This document shows positions 7,383 through 16,194 of a stretch of DNA of 32,000 nt, piece by piece; positions within the stretch are counted from its first letter, which is position 1, and each line of letters begins with the position of its first letter. Where the stretch lies: contig NC_002939.5 in assembly GCF_000007985.2 (NCBI RefSeq), forward strand, positions 1,830,001 to 1,862,000, given 5' to 3'. The notes beneath the pieces were generated by a model that was given only the letters and a program-made list of their open reading frames with translations, had not been told where the DNA came from and made no database searches. The stretch is from Geobacter sulfurreducens PCA. Lineage in GTDB: Bacteria > Desulfobacterota > Desulfuromonadia > Geobacterales > Geobacteraceae. The translations under genes and the position numbers were made by a program.

Positions 7383-9998
7383 TTGACGGAATGGCACCAC
7401 ATATCCATTGAAGATGCTCTGACCAGACTCGAAACCTCCCTCACCGGGCTTGATAGTGATGAGGTCCGCCGGCGCCTGGCGGCATACGGTCCGAATGAAC
7501 TGGAGGAAAAGGCCCGGCGGACGCCCCTTGTTATGTTCCTTGGCCAGTTTACCGATTTCATGATCATTGTGCTGATCGGCGCGGCAGTGGTGGCCGGCAT
7601 CATCGGCGAGCCGGGGGACGCTGCGCCCATCATCACCATTGTCGTGCTCAACGCCGTTATCGGCTTTGCTCAGGAATATCGCGCCGAGCGCGCCATGGCC
7701 GCCCTTCGGGAGATGTCCGGCAACTACGCTGCGGTGCTGCGCAGCGGCGAGCATCTGAGCGTGCCCGCCCGAGAGATCGTCCCTGGCGATCTGGTCCTTC
7801 TGGAGGCGGGAAACGTGGTGCCGGCCGACGTACGCCTTGCGGAAGCGGTGCATCTGAAGACCGTGGAAGCGGCTCTTACCGGGGAATCGCTTCCCGCTGA
7901 GAAACTCTCGGAACAGCTTTTCGATTCGGATTTGCCGTTGGGCGATCGGCGCAATATGGCCTACAAGGGAACGGTGGTCGCCTACGGCCGCGGCATCGGC
8001 ATCGCAGTCGCCACGGGGATGGGAACCGAGCTCGGCCGGATTGCCGCGATGCTGCAACAGGAGGCAGGAACAAAAACCCCGCTCCAGCGGCGTCTCGCCG
8101 ATTTCGGCAAGCGCCTTGCGCTGGCGGTGCTCGCCATTTGCGCGGTGGTATTCACACTGGGGCTGCTGCGGGGAGAGCCTCTCCTCCTCATGCTGCTAAC
8201 CTCCATATCCCTGGCAGTTGCCGCTATCCCGGAGGCTCTGCCGGCAGTGGTGACCATCACTCTTGCCTTGGGTGCGCGCAAGATGGTCCGCCAGAATGCC
8301 CTTATCCGCAGACTTCCCGCCGTGGAGACCCTCGGTTCGGTCACCTATGTCTGCTCCGACAAGACCGGCACCCTGACCCTTAACAAGATGACCGTGGAGA
8401 ACGTCTGGCCGGGCGATCTTGAGGGTACCGACGCCGGCTCATCCGGCGTATCAGCCGCAACACTTTTCACGACGGCTCTGGTCCTGTGTAACGATGCGCG
8501 TGAAGACTCGGAAGGAGGTCTTGTCGGCGACCCCACCGAAACGGCTCTTCTTGCCTACGGGCGTGCCTGCGGCGTGATCCGCACCGAAATCGAGGCCCTC
8601 CACCCGCGGGTGGCCGAACTTCCCTTTGATTCTGAACGCAAATGTATGACTACCTTTCACCGGGATGGCGATACCGTCCTGGCCTTTACCAAGGGTGCGG
8701 TCGAAGTGCTCACGGCCCGGTCGGTGGCGATGCTTACCAACAACGGGGAGGTCCCCCTGGACCGGCAAGAGATCGAGCGCGTAACGGTTGAAATGGCCGC
8801 CCGTGGCCTCCGGGTGCTTGCCCTGGCCATGCGCCGCTGGCCGTATCTGCCCGACCGGCTGGAAAGTGATGAGGTTGAGAGCGATCTGATTTTTCTCGGT
8901 CTTGCCGGCATGATGGATCCCCCCCGCGAGGAGGCTGCCGAGGCGGTTGCCCAGTGCCGGAACGCGGGCATCACCCCAGTGATGATAACCGGCGACCACC
9001 CGCTCACGGCCCGTATCATTGCCCGGCGATTGGCAATCCTTGAAGATGACGGCGACGCGGTGCTGACCGGACGGGATCTGGCGGAACTGAGCCCGGAAGA
9101 GTTTGAGGCGCGGGTGGAGCAGATCCGGGTCTATGCGCGGGTGGCCCCCGAGCAGAAGCTCACGATCGTCAAGGCGCTCCAGAACCGGGGGCATTTCGTG
9201 GCCATGACCGGCGATGGGGTCAACGACGCGCCGGCGCTCAAGCGCGCGGATATCGGTATTGCCATGGGAATAACCGGCACGGATGTCTCAAAAGAGGCAT
9301 CGGCCATGGTGCTGCTGGACGATAATTTCGCCACTATTGTCAGGGCCGTACGGGAGGGGCGCCGGATCTACGCCAATATCCTCAAGTTTATTACCTACTC
9401 GATCACCTCGAACATCGGGACTCTCGTGGCCATAACGCTTGCACCGTTTTTCGGGTTGCCGCTGCCGTTGCTCCCCATTCAGATACTCTGGCTGAACCTT
9501 CTTTGCGACAGCCTGCCGGGGCTTGCCCTGGCAGGAGAACCCGCTGAGCGGGATGTGATGAGTCGACCGCCCGTCGACCCGAAGGAAGGGGTTTTTGCTG
9601 GAGGGAGAGGATATTACGCGGCCGGCTATGGCTTGGTGATCGGGGCCGCGGCATTGGCATTTCAGGCTATTGCCCTGCGGATGAGGCTGCCGTGGCAGAC
9701 AATGGTCTTCACGTTTTTGGTTTTGAACCGCATGGCAGTGGTGCTTGCGGTCCGCTCCGACCGGACTTCGCTGCTGCGCATCGGCATTATGTCCAACCGG
9801 CCCCTCGTCGGTGCCATCGTTATTACGTTCTGTCTTCAGCTTGCCGTCGTTTTTACCCCGGCCCTCAATCCCCTGTTTCACACGGAACCGTTATCGGTCC
9901 GAGCACTTGTCGCTACGGTTGTGCTGGCGATGGGGATGGTTCTTTTGTCCGAGCTCCAGAAAGGGGTGTTGAGGTGGCGGCGAGGTAGTTCGCGGTAA
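7383..9998 (+). CDS. P-type (P2-like) cation-transporting ATPase, Ca2+/Mg2+-pump family
   Basis: TTG start immediately follows the upstream TAA, with GGAGGA at 7370-7375 and a 7-nt spacer. The family-typical N-terminus is xEWHxxSxEDAL...GL...E...RL..YGPNEL. Motifs present: TGES, DKTGTLT (8358-8378), TGD, GDGVNDAPAL. The TM4 motif reads PEALP. Confidence 0.9.
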   Translation: MTEWHHISIEDALTRLETSLTGLDSDEVRRRLAAYGPNELEEKARRTPLVMFLGQFTDFMIIVLIGAAVVAGIIGEPGDAAPIITIVVLNAVIGFAQEYRAERAMAALREMSGNYAAVLRSGEHLSVPAREIVPGDLVLLEAGNVVPADVRLAEAVHLKTVEAALTGESLPAEKLSEQLFDSDLPLGDRRNMAYKGTVVAYGRGIGIAVATGMGTELGRIAAMLQQEAGTKTPLQRRLADFGKRLALAVLAICAVVFTLGLLRGEPLLLMLLTSISLAVAAIPEALPAVVTITLALGARKMVRQNALIRRLPAVETLGSVTYVCSDKTGTLTLNKMTVENVWPGDLEGTDAGSSGVSAATLFTTALVLCNDAREDSEGGLVGDPTETALLAYGRACGVIRTEIEALHPRVAELPFDSERKCMTTFHRDGDTVLAFTKGAVEVLTARSVAMLTNNGEVPLDRQEIERVTVEMAARGLRVLALAMRRWPYLPDRLESDEVESDLIFLGLAGMMDPPREEAAEAVAQCRNAGITPVMITGDHPLTARIIARRLAILEDDGDAVLTGRDLAELSPEEFEARVEQIRVYARVAPEQKLTIVKALQNRGHFVAMTGDGVNDAPALKRADIGIAMGITGTDVSKEASAMVLLDDNFATIVRAVREGRRIYANILKFITYSITSNIGTLVAITLAPFFGLPLPLLPIQILWLNLLCDSLPGLALAGEPAERDVMSRPPVDPKEGVFAGGRGYYAAGYGLVIGAAALAFQAIALRMRLPWQTMVFTFLVLNRMAVVLAVRSDRTSLLRIGIMSNRPLVGAIVITFCLQLAVVFTPALNPLFHTEPLSVRALVATVVLAMGMVLLSELQKGVLRWRRGSSR

Positions 9999-10251
9999 AG
10001 ATGTAGTCATCCAGATAATCGCGCTTGCCGTCACCATTCAGATCGCCTGCCTGCCCCGGCCCTCAATCCCCTGTTTCACACGGAACCGTTATCGGTCCGA
10101 GCACTTGTCGCTACGGTTGTGCTGGCGATGGGGATGGTTCTTTTGTCCGAGCTCCAGAAAGGGGTGTTGAGGTGGCGGCGAGGTAGTTCGCGGTAAAGAT
10201 GTAGTCATCCAGATAATCGCGCTTGCCGTCACCATTCAGATCGCCTGCCTG
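9856..10251. repeat. perfect direct tandem duplication, 2 x 198 bp
   Basis: 9856-10053 and 10054-10251 read identically base for base. They are bounded by CCCC microhomology at 9856, 10054 and 10252. The unit spans the 3' ends of both convergent genes. Confidence 0.9.
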
Positions 10252-11433
10252 CCCCTGCTCTCCGCCCCGTTGAGCGATGAACGCCGTAAAGTCGGCTTCG
10301 GTCAGAGGTTCCCCCTCCTTCGGTTTGATATTAATGCGGGGGGCCACCGTCAAGGGGTAGACCACACTGTCCTCTCCTGACAAGACGGTCAGGACTGCCT
10401 CGCTGACACCTCTGTCGGGCAGAGTCTTGACAGCCCAAAACCCGCCCGGCTCACGTGTCAGAGCCAGGAGGCGCGCACCTTTCAGAATGAAAAGGGGCGT
10501 TGCTCCATCGTCCCCGGTAGCCTTCAGAGTGAGAGTCACAATGGATTCGCCGTCACTGAGCCCGATCGGTGGCGTCTGGGAGATCCCCTGCGCGACGGGC
10601 TCGCTGAAAAGATCCATGAGCGCGGACGGAGTCCTTTCACCTGCTTCTGCCTGGAAACGGCTCAGGATGCTCCGGTACTCGACATGCTCGGGAGACCTGC
10701 TGGGTGAAGGGGGGGGCGTAGCATCGGGCTGCGACGGCAGCTCTGGCTGAGCCGTCGGCGTGACCTCTTCATCGTGCTGCAGTTCATCCTCGGGTTGTTC
10801 TTGTTCCTCGTGGGGGGGAGGCGGAGTTTCGCCTCCATCGTGGACGTCTGGGCGAACTGTCATCGAGGTTGCGCCAAATTGAGAGGTCTCCAGACCATTA
10901 GAGGATGTGCCCTGATCATTCTGGGTCGTAAAACTATCACCACTTTTCACTGTTTCGTCAGCAACTGTGGCGCTAGAATTGCCAGAGGAACCGGAAGTAG
11001 TCGAGTTGTTCGACGTGTCCTGATTCTTTTCCGATTTGACGTAGTCCGCGGTGATGGTGCATGCAAGGGTTGGGGGTGTCGTTACGCGGGCGAAGCGGAT
11101 GCGCGCCACTGTGCCTGAAAGATGGAGGGGCTGTTGCGTTGACGCGTAAATCAGAAGTCCGTCCGAGCGGGGAGTGGAATTGAAAAAAGTCCACTGGGCG
11201 GTTCCCTCTTGCGAAACCGGTTGCTTGCTCGCAAGCCTATTTTCATCACTGTAACCGACCTTCAGGATAATCGATTGGACGTTGGAGATTGAACCGTTGG
11301 TCTTGATGATATAGTCGTTCCCGCCAGCGGAAGTGAGGCTCATGAAGTCACATGTACCGCCGAAGGCCATTGAATTGGCCAGAAAACAGGGGATAAGGCA
11401 TGCCGCAACTGCCGTGATCGAGTTGATCTTCAT
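10111..11433 (-). CDS. secreted protein with cohesin-like N-terminal module, S/T/N- and P/E/Q-rich linker, and C-terminal dockerin-type Ca-binding loop
   Basis: ATG at 11433 (MKINSIT...) sits 9 nt after GGAGG (reverse complement of 11443-11447); the ORF-track ATG at 11442 abuts the SD. Signal peptide is AVAACLIPCFLANSMAFG. The low-complexity linker spans about 10740-11010. The loop DLNGDGKRDYLD is at 10207-10242. Confidence 0.7.
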   Translation of the reverse strand: MKINSITAVAACLIPCFLANSMAFGGTCDFMSLTSAGGNDYIIKTNGSISNVQSIILKVGYSDENRLASKQPVSQEGTAQWTFFNSTPRSDGLLIYASTQQPLHLSGTVARIRFARVTTPPTLACTITADYVKSEKNQDTSNNSTTSGSSGNSSATVADETVKSGDSFTTQNDQGTSSNGLETSQFGATSMTVRPDVHDGGETPPPPHEEQEQPEDELQHDEEVTPTAQPELPSQPDATPPPSPSRSPEHVEYRSILSRFQAEAGERTPSALMDLFSEPVAQGISQTPPIGLSDGESIVTLTLKATGDDGATPLFILKGARLLALTREPGGFWAVKTLPDRGVSEAVLTVLSGEDSVVYPLTVAPRINIKPKEGEPLTEADFTAFIAQRGGEQGQAGDLNGDGKRDYLDDYIFTANYLAATSTPLSGARTKEPSPSPAQP

Positions 11434-11471
11434 TAAAAACATCCTCCGCGGATGGCTTGAGTTTATTCTCC

Positions 11472-11903
11472 CTATATATCAAGCACCACCCGGGCCCACC
11501 AATCATTTTCTTGCCGCCAGACCGAAAAAAGATGCAGAGTTACCGCCTTCACATCGACCATCATGGGATGGCGCTCATTATCGATCCGCTCGCCGCGGGC
11601 GATGGCATCGAGGTGCAGGACCTCCTCGGTCTCGGTGATCATGATCCGGGGGACCCTGAGCAGGAAACATCGGGCGTCTTTAAGAAAGATCAGTTCCTGG
11701 AGAAACGAGAACAAAAGAAGGTCTAATTCTTCGTTTGCAAGAGAGATGACGATCTCTTCAGTCGGGGTGACCGACGCGAGGTCGTCGACCATGACATTGG
11801 TGAGGGCATCAGCCGCAGCGCAGAACATCTCTTCACGAGTTTCACCCCACGCTTCAAAGGCGACGTCGGCCGTGGCGATATCTGGCAGATAGCGATAGGG
11901 CAT
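11472..11903 (-). CDS. archease (RtcB activator/chaperone family)
   Basis: 143 aa. The N-terminus PYRYLPDIATADVAFEAWGET and the C-terminal VKAVTLH...ARVVLDI are typical of archease. It starts 11 nt after the upstream gene's stop. Confidence 0.8.
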   Translation of the reverse strand: MPYRYLPDIATADVAFEAWGETREEMFCAAADALTNVMVDDLASVTPTEEIVISLANEELDLLLFSFLQELIFLKDARCFLLRVPRIMITETEEVLHLDAIARGERIDNERHPMMVDVKAVTLHLFSVWRQENDWWARVVLDI

Positions 11904-11914
11904 GGCGCAGGCAA

Positions 11915-13006
11915 TCAGAGCAGAGCGTCTATTGCCTCGAAATCGATTTCGTTCTCGGCATTTGCCCTGATCCAGTTGAGCTTTTCCTGGTCCTCGGCAG
12001 TGATCTTGGAAACGTCCTCCATAAGCGTTGTGAACACTCGCGCCGTGGAGTCATGAACCCGGATGTAGGGGATCATGCTGTCGTCCAGAATCTGCTGGGT
12101 TATTTCCGATACCGGCATGTGACCAGCAATGACGAGGCCTGCGATCTTGTCCCTATAGGATGGGATATGATACAGAGACGACAGGGTGACGATCAGCTCA
12201 TCCCGTGAACTGGTGAGGACCAGCAGTGTGGCATCCTCCAGGGCGTCCACCACCCGTTGGGACGATGCCGCTCCCAGGTGAATGTGGTGGATGATCCGGC
12301 TGTGCCCGTCCGCGTCGCCATGAACGGGGAGATTGAGAAGTTTTCCGATATGGGAAAGGGTCGGGTTTGCCAGGACGGGAGAATAGTTGAAGCCACCGGT
12401 AACCTGGAGTGAACGCCCCGGGAACCCCCGCCTGAGGAAGCCGAGGATCGAGTCCCGCTTGTCTGAGCGGAGCTTGTTGACGATGACCATCCGGACGTCG
12501 GCCTCCTCCTTTTCGTAGAGGGCCAGGTTGAGGTGCACGGCATCGATGGCGCTGCCGATACCGCTGTCAGTCACCACGATTACCGGTGCCCCGAGCATAT
12601 GGGCTACACAGGCATTGCTGAGACCGATGACGGAGCCGACTCCGCAGTGGCCGGCACCCTCGATAATCAGGAAGTCATAGCTCTGGTCAAGTATTTCGAA
12701 TGCTTCGACAATCTTTTTTTTGAGAGTATGGCAGTCAAACTTGCCGCTCAGGTAGTCGCGGGTGAAGTTCTTGGGGAGGGGCACGGGATTCATGAGGGCC
12801 AGGTCTTCTTCCAGGCCGAAGGTCCGCGCCATGAGGATGGCGTCCATGTCGACGGTGAGGCCGTTGTACATCTCGATCTTGGGGCCGATGGGCTTGATGA
12901 AGCCGACCCTCTGGTATTTCTGTCGCGCCAAGTGCATGAGCGAGACGCTCATGGTTGTTTTTCCGCAGTTTTGTCCTGTAGCGCCGATAAAGACTTTTTT
13001 GGCCAT
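11915..13006 (-). CDS. P-loop NTPase (CobQ/BioD-like) plus DRTGG-domain protein, resembling the N-terminal half of phosphotransacetylase
   Basis: Walker A-like GATGQNCGKTT near the N-terminus, EGAGH segment, and a C-terminal LVLTSSRDELI...GLVIAGH region resembling DRTGG. No PTA catalytic domain is present. Confidence 0.65.
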   Translation of the reverse strand: MAKKVFIGATGQNCGKTTMSVSLMHLARQKYQRVGFIKPIGPKIEMYNGLTVDMDAILMARTFGLEEDLALMNPVPLPKNFTRDYLSGKFDCHTLKKKIVEAFEILDQSYDFLIIEGAGHCGVGSVIGLSNACVAHMLGAPVIVVTDSGIGSAIDAVHLNLALYEKEEADVRMVIVNKLRSDKRDSILGFLRRGFPGRSLQVTGGFNYSPVLANPTLSHIGKLLNLPVHGDADGHSRIIHHIHLGAASSQRVVDALEDATLLVLTSSRDELIVTLSSLYHIPSYRDKIAGLVIAGHMPVSEITQQILDDSMIPYIRVHDSTARVFTTLMEDVSKITAEDQEKLNWIRANAENEIDFEAIDALL

Positions 13007-13253
13007 GGTCCCCCCGATTGCGTAGGTAATTCACTCGGAAGCATGAAGGCTGCCGGCTGCGCGGAATACGGTGCCGACAGCTTTGTTTCGCATTATTTTG
13101 CATGCAGTATACACAATTGCATGCCCAACGGGGCGAAAAAAGAGCCTTATCCGCCCATGTCCGGCGAAACTATACCGAAGTCAATGCCGTGCCGTCGTCT
13201 AAGGCACTGTTCCTGCATCGGCAACGGGAACGTCTCTCTGGTGTGGGTGGAAC

Positions 13254-13616
13254 GTGAAATATTTCCTGATCATTTTGACATCACTCGCGGTTCTTTGGGG
13301 CTGCTCCCCCGTGGGCACCCAGATGCGGGCCTGGAAGGGCGCCCCTTTGGACGAATTGATAATCCGAGCGGGGGCTCCCTCGTCGGTGTCTGCCGACATG
13401 GGGGGATACCGGCTGTACCATTGGTACGAAGACCGCGGTGCGGTCTACACCTACGGCGGCATGGTGAATCTGAGCTGCGACAGGACCATCGGCGTGGATG
13501 ACGATGACGTCATCATCTCAGTCGATTGGCGCGGCAACTGCATCGCGCCTGCCGATTCGCCCTGGGAGCGCACCAACGATATGCAGAACACAGAGAACAC
13601 AGGAGTCAGTCAATGA
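13254..13616 (+). CDS. lipoprotein, 120 aa, function unknown
   Basis: GTG start with GGGTGGA upstream. Signal peptide plus lipobox LWGC. The stop overlaps the next gene's start (ATGA at 13613-13616). Confidence 0.55.
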   Translation: MKYFLIILTSLAVLWGCSPVGTQMRAWKGAPLDELIIRAGAPSSVSADMGGYRLYHWYEDRGAVYTYGGMVNLSCDRTIGVDDDDVIISVDWRGNCIAPADSPWERTNDMQNTENTGVSQ

Positions 13617-14062
13617 GGATCAGTGATCGCCTTTCTTCCCGCGATGTGGACAAAAAGGGAAAGCAGGAATCTCTTAGCCGGTCGGACGTTGCCGGATCAC
13701 CGTTTGTCCGGACTCTTACTCGAAACCGGTCTGAGTTCGAAAACTACGAGCAGGAATTGCAGGTCCTCAAGGATGAACTGGATAAGGTCGGCAACGAGCT
13801 GGAGCGGGAGCCGACCATTGCAAATTTCCGCACGTTTCGCGATCTCATCGGCCGAATCACGAAAAACGTCACATCCCATGCCTACCGCCTCCAGCGGGTA
13901 GGGGGGACGACCCTCAACCCCCGCTGCTTCGAAATCATCACCGTGATCGACCGGGAGGCCGACAATCTCTATCGCCTCATCATGACCGAGAACAAAGATC
14001 GTCTCGCCATCACCAACAAGATACTTGAGCTCAAGGGCCTGGTCGTTGATCTGAAAATCTGA
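13613..14062 (+). CDS. YaaR/DUF327-like protein, 149 aa
   Basis: ATG at 13613 with AGGAG at 13600-13604. Coiled-coil-like centre. The C-terminal ILELKGLVVDL resembles the DUF327 signature. The family call is from memory only. Confidence 0.5.
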   Translation: MRISDRLSSRDVDKKGKQESLSRSDVAGSPFVRTLTRNRSEFENYEQELQVLKDELDKVGNELEREPTIANFRTFRDLIGRITKNVTSHAYRLQRVGGTTLNPRCFEIITVIDREADNLYRLIMTENKDRLAITNKILELKGLVVDLKI

Positions 14063-14106
14063 ATGCACGAGCCCATTGCCCGCGTCAAAATTTCAGCATC
14101 ACCTGC

Positions 14107-15564
14107 TCAACCTTTGACATTTCCGATGGGCACGAGCCGTGCGACCCGCCGGCTCAGATGCGACAACTCAGTGGCCTCGGCCACGTCATCAATGTTTTTG
14201 TAGGCCTGCCCCGCCTCTTCCGCCAGTCCTCCCCAGGACGCGGTCCGCACGTAAATGCCGCGCTCCTCCATATCCCGCTGCAGCTTCTGTCCCTTGATCA
14301 ACTTTTTCGCCTGATGGCGGCTCATGGTCCGGCCGCTGCCGTGGGCCGTGGTGAAAAAGGTGTCGCCGCCTCCCGGGTCGCCTGCCAGCAGATAGGAGCC
14401 GGTTTCCATGCTGCCGCCGATAATGACCGGCTGGCCCGTTTCCCGGTAGCGGGCGGGAATCCCCTCCATGCCGGGGCCAAAGGCCCGGGTGGCCCCCTTG
14501 CGATGAACCAGCAGTTCGCGTTTTTTCCCGTCCACCAGGTGGGTCTCCAGCTTGGCGGTGTTGTGGGCCACGTCGTAGACCATATCCATGCCCAGATCGC
14601 CCGGGTCGCGACCGAATACGTCCGAGAAGACCTCGCGGATGCGATGGAGGATGACTTGGCGATTGGCAAAGGCCATGTTCACCGCGCACTTCATGGCGGC
14701 AAAGTAGTCCTGCCCCTCGCGGGAGCGGAAGGGGGCACAGGCGAGTTCGCGGTCATTGGTGCGGATGCCGTACTTTTTCTCCATGACCGACAGGAAGAGC
14801 TGGAGATAGTCGGTGGCCACCTGGTGGCCGAAGCCGCGGCTGCCGCAGTGGAACATGATCACCACCTGGTTCGGCACGGTAATGCCGAATGCCCGGGCGG
14901 TATCCTCGTCGAAAATGTTCTCGGGGCGGGCCACCTGGACTTCCAGGTAGTGGTTGCCCGAGCCGAGGGTCCCGATCTGGTTGTATCCCCGGTCAACGGC
15001 TCTCTGGCTGACCTTCGTGGCATCGGCTCCAGTGAAGCAGCCATGTTCTTCGGTCATCTCCAGGTCTTCGGGCCAGGCATAGCCATGTTTCAGGCACCAC
15101 GATGAGCCCTGCTCGGCCACGCGGCAGAACTCATCGTGGGACAGCCGCACAAAACCATGGCTCCCGACCCCGGCCGGCACCCGGTAGAAGAGGGCATCCA
15201 CCAGTTCGCGCAGGCGCGGCTTCACCTCTTCGTAGGTGAGAGTGGTCAGGACCAGCCGCATGCCACAGTTGATATCGAAGCCGATGCCGCCGGGAGAAAT
15301 GACCCCCGTCTCCGGGTCCATGGCCGCCAGACCGCCGATGGGAAAGCCGTACCCCCAGTGGCCGTCAGGCATGCAGAAGGCGTATTTCTGGATGCCCGGC
15401 AGACAGGCCACGTTGGATACCTGCTCGAAAACGCCAGCATCCATGGCGTTGATGAGTTTTTCCGTGGCAATGATGCGGGCGGGAACGAGCATTCCCTTTT
15501 TGTAGCTTACGGGAAGCTCCCAAACCGTTGCAGATATTCTCTTCAGCGCTGCCGGTGCCGCCAT
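14107..15564 (-). CDS. rtcB: RNA-splicing ligase RtcB (3'-phosphate/5'-hydroxyl RNA ligase)
   Basis: 485 aa from ATG 15564, with SD GGAGAGG upstream. Hallmark motifs: DGHWGYGFPIGG, DINCGMR, GSGNHYLE, HCGSRGFGHQ, AHNTA, HGSGR. Confidence 0.93.
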   Translation of the reverse strand: MAAPAALKRISATVWELPVSYKKGMLVPARIIATEKLINAMDAGVFEQVSNVACLPGIQKYAFCMPDGHWGYGFPIGGLAAMDPETGVISPGGIGFDINCGMRLVLTTLTYEEVKPRLRELVDALFYRVPAGVGSHGFVRLSHDEFCRVAEQGSSWCLKHGYAWPEDLEMTEEHGCFTGADATKVSQRAVDRGYNQIGTLGSGNHYLEVQVARPENIFDEDTARAFGITVPNQVVIMFHCGSRGFGHQVATDYLQLFLSVMEKKYGIRTNDRELACAPFRSREGQDYFAAMKCAVNMAFANRQVILHRIREVFSDVFGRDPGDLGMDMVYDVAHNTAKLETHLVDGKKRELLVHRKGATRAFGPGMEGIPARYRETGQPVIIGGSMETGSYLLAGDPGGGDTFFTTAHGSGRTMSRHQAKKLIKGQKLQRDMEERGIYVRTASWGGLAEEAGQAYKNIDDVAEATELSHLSRRVARLVPIGNVKG

Positions 15565-15614
15565 GGCTCGTTCACCTCTCCTGTGAGTGAATCCTTCACT
15601 GTTCACTGTTTCAA

Positions 15615-16160
15615 CTATACCGCAAATTCAGCCAACCACTCCTCGAAGATGGCAACCTTATGGTCGCCGTAACGCCGCAGATTCGCTCTCACTTCGTCGG
15701 GGTGCTTTTCGTGGTCGAGGGAGCGGGGTTTTTTGGAAAAGAACAGGTCGGCAAAGCAGACGATTCGCTCTTCCCGGGTAAGGGGGACCATGTCGCGCCG
15801 AGGCAGGGGCAGACTCTGACGTTCGATGTCCTCGACGGTGAGGCCGACACCGATATGACGTTCGCAGACGAGGGCGTGCCGGGGGAGCCCCTCGGCCTCC
15901 AGAATCTCCCGACCGATGATGCCGTGGAGGATATAGGGGGCCTCGCCGGTGCAGCCGATGCCCGTGGAATTGGTCCGGCAGACGCCGATGTCGTGGAGCA
16001 GGGCCGCTTCTTCTATGAACCGAAGATCGAGCAACGGGTCCCGGAGCCGACGCGCCACTGCCAGGGCCTTGGCCGCCACGTGGCGGCTATGGGCGAGCAC
16101 GATGCCGCAGGCTGTAGTTGCCGGGCCGAAATGACGAGTGAGCAGGTTTTCAGGGGTCAT
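15615..16160 (-). CDS. HD/HDIG-domain metal-dependent phosphohydrolase
   Basis: Contains H...LLHDIGV...H...CFADL. The ATG at 16160 lies downstream of the predicted -10 box, which excludes the ORF-track start at 16196. The stop is 50 nt upstream of the rtcB start. Confidence 0.75.
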   Translation of the reverse strand: MTPENLLTRHFGPATTACGIVLAHSRHVAAKALAVARRLRDPLLDLRFIEEAALLHDIGVCRTNSTGIGCTGEAPYILHGIIGREILEAEGLPRHALVCERHIGVGLTVEDIERQSLPLPRRDMVPLTREERIVCFADLFFSKKPRSLDHEKHPDEVRANLRRYGDHKVAIFEEWLAEFAV

Positions 16161-16194
16161 GGGCAAACCTCTTTCGCGCTGGCAGTAATGTCTC

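Noticed and set aside
12533-13501. 322-aa plus-strand ORF
   Set aside because: It is antisense to the P-loop/DRTGG gene, then runs through the intergenic region into another frame of the lipoprotein gene. It has no SD and an antisense-type composition.
14158-15105. 315-aa plus-strand ORF, plus several 60-180-aa ORFs, inside rtcB
   Set aside because: They lie opposite a gene whose product carries every RtcB hallmark motif. Their low-complexity Gly/Ala/Val/His composition is that of a high-GC antisense artefact.
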